Below, one piece after another: positions 53,359-57,955 of a DNA stretch of 57,955 bases. The stretch spans positions 4,025 through 61,979 of the forward strand of contig MQRK01198580.1 in assembly GCA_001938485.1 (NCBI GenBank). Reading direction: 5' to 3'. The DNA comes from Girardia tigrina (taxonomy: Eukaryota). Below the pieces are notes generated by a model. The model was given only the letters and a program-made list of their open reading frames with translations, made no database searches and had not been told where the DNA came from. Made by a program: the position numbers and the translations under genes. Position 1 is the first letter of the stretch, and the number at the start of each line of letters is the position of its first letter.

Positions 53359-54145
53359 AGTCTACTTACAGTAGCAAGTAGTAGATCTTTGAGCGTGACG
53401 TGCAAACAATTTTTAGTCTATTACATTATTTAATATATTTAATAATATTTATTATATGGTAAAATAACTTTAAATCAACGAAATATATGAATGTCCGGAT
53501 TTTACCCGGGTTTTTATCAATAATTGTCCTCCTACCGGTTTTAAGCATCTGGTCACCCTATAATTAGTATATTCAATATATAGTAAAAATAATTTTGGTA
53601 GACTTGATTCTAAATTGTTAAATAATATATATCAAATTCTAAAACCCTTTAATTGATTAATTTTATAGTAAAATTAAGTCTGTTAGACTCAACTCTTAAT
53701 TACTAAAAAACAAACCCAGTGAGAAAATCATTATTGAAAATAATAATGCAGCATAAATGATGTATTTATAAATATCTGGATGATAATCATTAATCGATAG
53801 CATTATCAATACAACTATATCATTACCTTTGATCTCTGTGTGCTCGTCTGATCTAATCACCTTTTCAATCGGCTGATGCATCACAACATTTGCTACATTA
53901 TCTAACCGATTTTATTTTTTCGTCATTAGTATTCTTATTTTACGTCTCAATAAATCTCAGACTATAATTGATCAAATGAGCGATGTTCAAGGCGAATTGA
54001 ATGACTTACGACAATTCAAAACGAACTTAAATGAATTGATGTTGGGTCAAAATGATCCGTTAACGGAATACGACGATGGGAATATCGACAGAATCAAAGA
54101 AGTACTGGATTTAATTACGAATTCTCAAACATCCATTCGGGACAA
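17610..54145 (+). CDS. Large multi-exon alpha-helical (spectrin-repeat/nesprin-like) protein, partial gene model
   Basis: Exons with AG/GT boundaries join in one open frame: 17610-18068, 18112-18159, 18206-18328, 19420-19644, 21518-21640, 21689-21844, 22555-23688, 31476-32498, 36937-37158, 39316-39945, 46096-46410, 47968-48131, 48184-48358, 53961-54145 (about 1660 codons). Sequence is E/K/L/Q-rich and heptad-like with spaced Trp (e.g. [10 protein letters not shown]). Family assignment is inferred. Confidence 0.8.
18796..19244. mobile_element. Solo LTR (reverse orientation)
   Basis: TGTTAG...CTCCTCACA termini with exact TSD TAAAT. Confidence 0.7.
19420..19644 (+). CDS. Exon of spectrin-repeat-like gene
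   Basis: AACAG|GAC acceptor, TCG|GTGAGA donor, phase 0/0. Confidence 0.8.
19914..20228. mobile_element. MITE, Tc1/mariner-type
   Basis: 26-bp TIR CATGCTGGCCATAATATTACGGTTTT with TA on both sides. An internal segment recurs at about 21360-21465. Confidence 0.85.
21955..22026. mobile_element. 72-bp Tigger-type mini-MITE
   Basis: Perfect 21-bp TIR CAGTAAAGATTCACAAATTGC with TA TSD. Confidence 0.85.
22307..22430. repeat. (TA)n microsatellite spanning a gap
   Basis: Seen directly. Similar tracts at 14877, 23802, 25114, 42312, 50800 and 53313. Confidence 0.9.
22555..23688 (+). CDS. Large exon of spectrin-repeat-like gene
   Basis: TTTTCAG|AAA acceptor, AAG|GTAGAA donor; 378 open codons. Confidence 0.88.
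23920..23956 (-). ncRNA. Minimal type I hammerhead ribozyme (Penelope repeat)
   Basis: UGCA-CUGAAGA-U-GCCA(AAA)UGGU-GAAAC(GC)GUA-UGCA. Confidence 0.88.
25035..25071 (+). ncRNA. Minimal type I hammerhead ribozyme (Penelope repeat)
   Basis: UGCA-CUGAAGA-U-GCCG(AAA)UGGU-GAAAC(GC)GUA-UGUA; predicted cleavage after 25067. Confidence 0.85.
25635..26049. mobile_element. Solo LTR (reverse orientation)
   Basis: TATTAAC...TTCCTCACA termini with exact TSD CATAT. Confidence 0.72.
26891..27834. mobile_element. Solo LTR with a nested inverted LTR fragment (about 27437-27750)
   Basis: TGTGAG...CTCTTAACA termini, near-TSD GTGAG/GCGAG, conserved box at 26953-26983. Confidence 0.6.
28281..29230 (-). mobile_element. 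pogo-like transposon relic
   Basis: TA-CAGTGCAACTTGTC terminus and degenerate DDE_1 C-terminal-like peptide (KRPPFWII...IIRNA) on the minus strand. Confidence 0.4.
30661..31300 (+). mobile_element. Non-autonomous Helitron/DINE-like element
   Basis: Starts TTTTATTAGCTTAC plus a microsatellite and ends ACTAGT. Homologous segments at about 9200-9680, 14520-14660, 42091-42378 (reverse) and 54725-54820. Confidence 0.55.
31476..32498 (+). CDS. Large exon of spectrin-repeat-like gene
   Basis: TATAG|AGA acceptor, AAG|GTGATT donor; 341 open helical codons. Confidence 0.88.
32634..33456. mobile_element. piggyBac-type non-autonomous element
   Basis: TIRs CACGTTCGCGGACGGC and GTCGTCCGCGAACTTG with TTAA on both sides. 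Confidence 0.8.
35030..35791 (-). mobile_element. 5' fragment of an RLE-class (NeSL/R2-like) non-LTR retrotransposon
   Basis: GC-rich island with an N-terminal C2H2 zinc finger (FRCPFRGC-x12-H-x4-H) downstream of an HDV-like fold. Confidence 0.65.
35700..35791 (-). ncRNA. HDV-like self-cleaving ribozyme
   Basis: P1 AGGGAU/AUCCCU, J1/2 hairpin ACUG/CAGU, P2 GGGCAU/GUGCCC, P3 ACU/AGU, L3 UCUACGU, P4 CUAGA/UCUAG, J4/2 GCUAAA. Confidence 0.8.
36112..36544. mobile_element. Solo LTR
   Basis: TGTGAGGAAT...TGTTCTTAATA termini with exact TSD ATCTT. Confidence 0.75.
36937..37158 (+). CDS. Exon of spectrin-repeat-like gene (missed by the ORF track)
   Basis: CTTCAG|GAA acceptor, GAG|GTAAAG donor; 74 open codons, [12 protein letters not shown]...KVE. 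Confidence 0.75.
37783..38284. mobile_element. hAT-type MITE
   Basis: TIRs CAGTGGCGTTGATA and TAGCGACGCTACTG with exact 8-bp TSD TTTGAGAC. Confidence 0.9.
38804..39174 (+). mobile_element. Non-autonomous Helitron
   Basis: A|TC 5' start; 3' hairpin CCCGTCAT-TT-ATGACGGG followed by CTAG|T. Confidence 0.7.
39316..39945 (+). CDS. Exon of spectrin-repeat-like gene
   Basis: TTTTAG|ACC acceptor, GAG|GTATTT donor; 210 codons. Confidence 0.85.
40940..41372. mobile_element. Solo LTR (reverse orientation)
   Basis: TATTAAC...CCCTCACA termini with exact TSD CTGAT. An older related copy lies at about 40408-40889. Confidence 0.75.
42637..43079. mobile_element. Solo LTR, close inverted relative of 40940-41372
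   Basis: Extensive reverse-complement similarity; TSD imperfect. Confidence 0.65.
43296..43523. mobile_element. MITE with internal AAATAGTAGGTG repeats
   Basis: TIR ACGGATAACATSAAATAGTAGG with TA flanks and multiple internal copies in both orientations. Confidence 0.8.
44368..45112. mobile_element. hAT-type MITE (contains a gap)
   Basis: TIRs CAGGGCCGTGGCA and TGCCACGGCTCTG with exact 8-bp TSD CATATACA. Confidence 0.9.
46096..46410 (+). CDS. Exon of spectrin-repeat-like gene
   Basis: CGCAG|CGC acceptor, CGA|GTAAGA donor; 105 codons. Confidence 0.8.
47968..48358 (+). CDS. Two exons (47968-48131, 48184-48358) of spectrin-repeat-like gene
   Basis: A 52-nt phase-2 intron (GTAAGC...GACAG) restores the frame (AT|G). 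Confidence 0.75.
48495..48715 (-). mobile_element. RTE LINE internal fragment
   Basis: Translation [26 protein letters not shown] resembles the RTE APE-RT linker. Confidence 0.55.
48828..49140 (-). pseudogene. PP1-like Ser/Thr protein phosphatase (PPP family) pseudogene fragment
   Basis: [21 protein letters not shown] and LLRGNHE motifs. In-frame stops, truncation after RGNHE, and the catalytic Arg of GDYVDRG changed to Cys. Confidence 0.88.
49470..49900 (-). mobile_element. 3' fragment of a NeSL/R2-class LINE (restriction-like endonuclease)
   Basis: RRIDLQI...LIDMKTPYD...[13 protein letters not shown]...VIVVGCLGS* matches the PD-(D/E)xK RLE C-terminus. Confidence 0.78.
50227..50790 (-). 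mobile_element. Non-autonomous Helitron related to 38804-39174
   Basis: Minus-strand 3' hairpin ACGGGCAGCTTGCCGCGT then CTAG|T, and a shared TTTG..GGTTTGT.G.TC.C.CT segment. 5' end approximate. Confidence 0.55.
50832..52107 (-). mobile_element. mariner element (contains a gap) inserted in (TA)n
   Basis: 27-bp TIR TTRGGTGTACAACTAATTAATTTCGTA; transposase with [14 protein letters not shown] and HGLKVMLC. Confidence 0.93.
52026..52087 (+). repeat. 19-bp tandem repeat (GAAATGAGGTAACAAATAT) x3 next to the mariner TIR
   Basis: Seen directly. Confidence 0.8.
52130..53285 (-). mobile_element. Second mariner element, decayed
   Basis: [33 protein letters not shown] and HPPYSPDL motifs, with frameshifts. 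Confidence 0.9.
53961..54145 (+). CDS. Exon of spectrin-repeat-like gene (missed by the ORF track)
   Basis: CTCAG|ACT acceptor, AA|GTAAGA donor; open frame [20 protein letters not shown]... Confidence 0.72.
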
Positions 54146-55699
54146 GTAAGACATTATTTACAAGGAGATCGGGAAAAATATTTCAGGAAAACATCGCACA
54201 GTAAATGTTTTCGCAAAAAATTTATGATATAAATTTTTGTAGAAAATTTTGTTGCCCAATTTTTATAAGACTTTGTAGTATTATTATCACAAAGTCGGTG
54301 AAAAAATTTACTACAAAAATATTAACATAAGTTTTAAAAAAAATTATTACAAAAAAATGTTTTCATCATAACCGACTCAATAATCTCTGGAAATTATTAA
54401 AATTCTCATTCAGAATTTTTAAATCGCCTCACATAATTGCCTCATATTTTTCACAATTTACATTGAAATTATTTCCAAAAGTAAAAAAAACTTATATTTA
54501 TTACGCGATATTTTTTCGCCATTACGTTTTTTCTCTGTGATATTTTTTCAGTGGCGTTTTTTCCCTGGCCGATTTACTAGGTATACCGTTCGTTCATCCC
54601 GAATTTTTTGTTTGTTCGTCCCGCTTTCATTCGTTCCAAATTTATTTTTGAAGGTTTCCCACTTAATTCAAACCAATATACAAATAATTGAAGCCAAGGC
54701 ATTATTTTTACCTTTACATTTAAAAACTAGTAAATCAAAAAAAAATTTTATATATGCTTTATGCGAGCAGAAATCTACTTGGTCAACATAATTTTTATTG
54801 TTGCTTTTGTAGAAGGGAAAATTTCATACAAAAAATATTTTACAACTCCATTTTCCAATTAAATAGTTACAAATAACATAATAAATTTATTATAAATCAT
54901 AAACTAAAACATTTCTTTTTAATACAGTTTAAACATTTGTGGATAATCGTAAAATGTTATTTGCTAAAAGAATTTTTAATTACTATTGTGAGAAGTGGTT
55001 ACAACATCAATTTTAGGAATTCATTTTCACTCAAATTATATCTTTATTATAAAACAATTTTCAAACAAATTTTTCAACAATTTCCTTAATTAATAATTAA
55101 TCTATTTTCAAATAATTTTTATATTTTAAATTGCAATCAAAATAATATTTAATTTTTAAAACATTTGTGAAAATTATTTATTCACGTATATTTAGTTTTT
55201 AATAGAAATATTTTTTTTATTTTGTTGTTAATTTTAACCTTTTAAAATGTTTTTAAAATTTTGTTTTTCAAATAAAAAGATTATATTCTGTTTTTTTTTA
55301 TTTTCGCATTTTTTATAAAAAATCATGTTGTAATTTATTTTTAGTATTTTTGAATTTTTAAAAAATACTTTATATTTAATATTCATTTTTTTATGTTTAA
55401 AATATTAAATTTTTTAATCAGATCTTAAATTGATTTTAAAATTTTTAATAAATTTCAAATAAACTATTATTTTTGAAAATACTGTTTTATATGTTATCTG
55501 GTTTACTCCATTAATTTTTTTACTAAAATAATATTTTAAATAAAATAAATTTATAAAGAATATTTTCAAATTCAAAGTTAAAACACTTAATTATTAATCA
55601 ACTTAATTTTTAAAATTTTTAGTTTGATTTCAATTCAAAATAATTTTTTAAACAATTTAAATTTTGATCAGCGAAGTATATTAATTACCTCCTCGTAAC

Positions 55700-56640
55700 A
55701 TAAAATTTTCACATTATCATGTATTGTCATCGAAAATGAGTAAGTACAAAGTTCGGTAGATCTGATCTGGATTTCTTCATCTGTACTATAAAACCCTGAC
55801 GTGAGTCGTATCCGTGAACTTTGCGACACGATGCAGTAACATCCTTGATGTTTCTCTCCATATTCTTTGAGTGACATTTGGTATGAATGAATAATAATCC
55901 GTTGATGATGATTAGTAATAGCATCAGAATCTATGTTGCTGAGAAGTGGAGGAGAGGTAACAACAATATTGGTCCAATCTATCATATCTCTGTACGAGGC
56001 ATCAGAGAAATCCAGAGATACCTGTGTCTTGTCAAAACATCGAAGTTGCATTTTCCCGTTGTACACTGTTGGCGTGCTTCAATGGCCTTGTCACAAGTAA
56101 ACTTTCTCGACTTTTTATCTTCATCTCCTACAGCGATCAACAAAAAGCGATCTGGATGACAAAAATAGTTGTTATTAATCACAACAGGAGCAATGATATC
56201 CTGAGCAGCCTTGTCAAGTTCCTGGCATCTGGAAATCATAAAGAAGAAATTCTTAGCACCATCCTGCACATTTGACTGACATTTGATATTGAACCAACAT
56301 GGGAAGTAGAACACGACGATGAATCTAACCAACCTTGAAAGATCTCCTGAAGGATGTTCCTGTGATATATACAGACGGAGTAAAGCGTTCGCCTTGGTCG
56401 ACCATTGAGCATGATTCCTATCACGAGGTTGAGCTGCCTGTTAGAATGATTCATCCTTGTTACGAACACTTAAACCTTGTTGAACCAGGAGACATATTTT
56501 CAGTAAATATGACTGATCTTTGCTAAAATTTTGCATCACAGCGTCATTTACTTATACTTCATTTCCAGTAACTAGATTAAATGAAATTATTGGTTTTTCT
56601 TGTGGTTCAAAATTCATTATCTTTGTCAATTTACCCTCAT
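55700..56640 (-). mobile_element. Sola2-like DNA transposase relic
   Basis: YFCHPDRFLL, YRDMIDW...SPPLL and KCHSKNMERNIKDVT resemble the YFAHPE...PCHTQAVER transposase family; frameshifted. Superfamily assignment tentative. Confidence 0.55.
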
Positions 56641-56768
56641 AAGTCAATTAAATAATGCCTTTATCTAAAAAGAAACAAAACACAACATAAAGAGTAGTTG
56701 ATGAACGTTGTATAGGTAGAGAAAATACTTCATTATGTACTTTTAATATATATTACGCTTATATATAT

Positions 56769-57955
56769 GGTTATCAACTTCAAGTCAACTTAATTATCAA
56801 CTTTGATTTCCTAAATATGGAGTTAATGGCATCTTTAATTAGCTTATTTACATAATTTTTATTGTAGCCATTCTTTTCTAATCTATTTTGAAGGTCGTTT
56901 AAACCATCGTCCACATTCCCATATGAGGAAGATAAATTCCATACTCTANNNNNNNNNNNNNNNNNNNNNNTTCTGTTATACTTAGGGTCACAAAAGTTTT
57001 TGGGACCACTGTATAATCCAGTATCAGTGGATTTTCGAAACACCTGTGTACTGTAGTTCATCGATATTCTTTTTATGAGGACGTCCAGATATAGGACTCC
57101 ATATTTAGGAAATCAAATAATAAAAGTCACAACATAATCAAAGTTCCAAATAACACTGAGAATTTGTTAAACATCACCTTAAAGATACCATTTTCTGAGG
57201 GAGCAAAAGATTTCAAAAATTCATTAATGAAAAGAACTNNTTCAATTTTTAAATTGAAGGTAATTTTTACCACAAATAAAGTTTCTGGTTTCTTTTCTAA
57301 TAAATCAAAAACTCCATTGAGTATGCAGGCAAATATAGTATATCAGTTTAAATGTCACAAGTGCGAAGCCTTGTACATTGGAGAGACTAACCGTCATCTT
57401 CGAACTAGAATTGCTGAACATACTCAATCGAGTCGAAACAGTTCCATTCTTAATCATAAATTGAATTGTAGGGATCGAGAAAATATAGGGAGGATAAGGA
57501 ATTTAGTGTTTTATGTAAACATTTTGGCAATTATAAGGAGAGGATAATCACCGAAGCATTGTTAATTAAGCATTATAAACCATGATTAAATGTTCAAAGT
57601 GATTCCTCAAATTATATTAAAATATTTTAATTCTTAGTTTTTTTTGTCTTCTGTTTTTTTAAGTTTACTTCTTTTTTTGTCTTTTTTTTCTTTTTGAATA
57701 AATAATTAAAATTTTAAATATTGATTTTTAGACGTTTTTTCTTGTTATTTTTTTTTAATTAAAAAAATTAAAATATAAAAAAAAGCCTTAAATTGAGTAT
57801 TGCGTAACAGTCTACCGCTATATAAAATGGACTTACATCTGAAATTTCAATTAGTCAACTGAAGATGCCAATATGGCGAAACTAGTATTGCAAAATAAAA
57901 ATAAATGTTTGGAAAAATGGCTATTTTTTGTTTTATTAACCCGATTGCCATTGGA
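56769..57955 (+). mobile_element. Penelope-like element with 5' inversion
   Basis: GIY-YIG (NIVYQFKCHKCEALYIGETNRHLRTRIAEH) on plus. RT C-terminus (YLDVLI...VFRKSTDTGLY) inverted at 56780-57095. Confidence 0.9.
57856..57890 (+). ncRNA. Minimal type I hammerhead ribozyme (Penelope repeat)
   Basis: CAA-CUGAAGA-U-GCCA(AUA)UGGC-GAAAC(UA)GUA-UUG; predicted cleavage after 57887. Confidence 0.9.

Overview
Very AT-rich eukaryotic draft genomic DNA with N gaps, short 43-52 nt introns and a dense transposon load. The composition and element types suggest a planarian/triclad flatworm (inference). There are two host genes: a two-exon DEG/ENaC channel on the minus strand (8795-7443, 4221-3997), and a large spectrin-repeat/nesprin-like helical protein on the plus strand (at least 14 exons, 17610-54145, incomplete at both ends). 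Introns and intergenic DNA hold pogo/Tigger, Tc1, mariner, hAT, piggyBac-type, Sola2-like and Helitron-like elements, about 9 solo LTRs (several with 5-bp TSDs), RTE and NeSL-type LINE fragments, two Penelope elements and a PP1 pseudogene fragment. The most notable signal is a set of predicted self-cleaving ribozymes. Two HDV-like folds with a shared variant architecture (6-bp P1, CUAAA J4/2) head two unrelated LINE clades, a third degenerate HDV-like candidate lies at 3770, and three minimal hammerheads with palindromic stem III sit in the Penelope repeats. All RNA structures were folded by eye and are untested.
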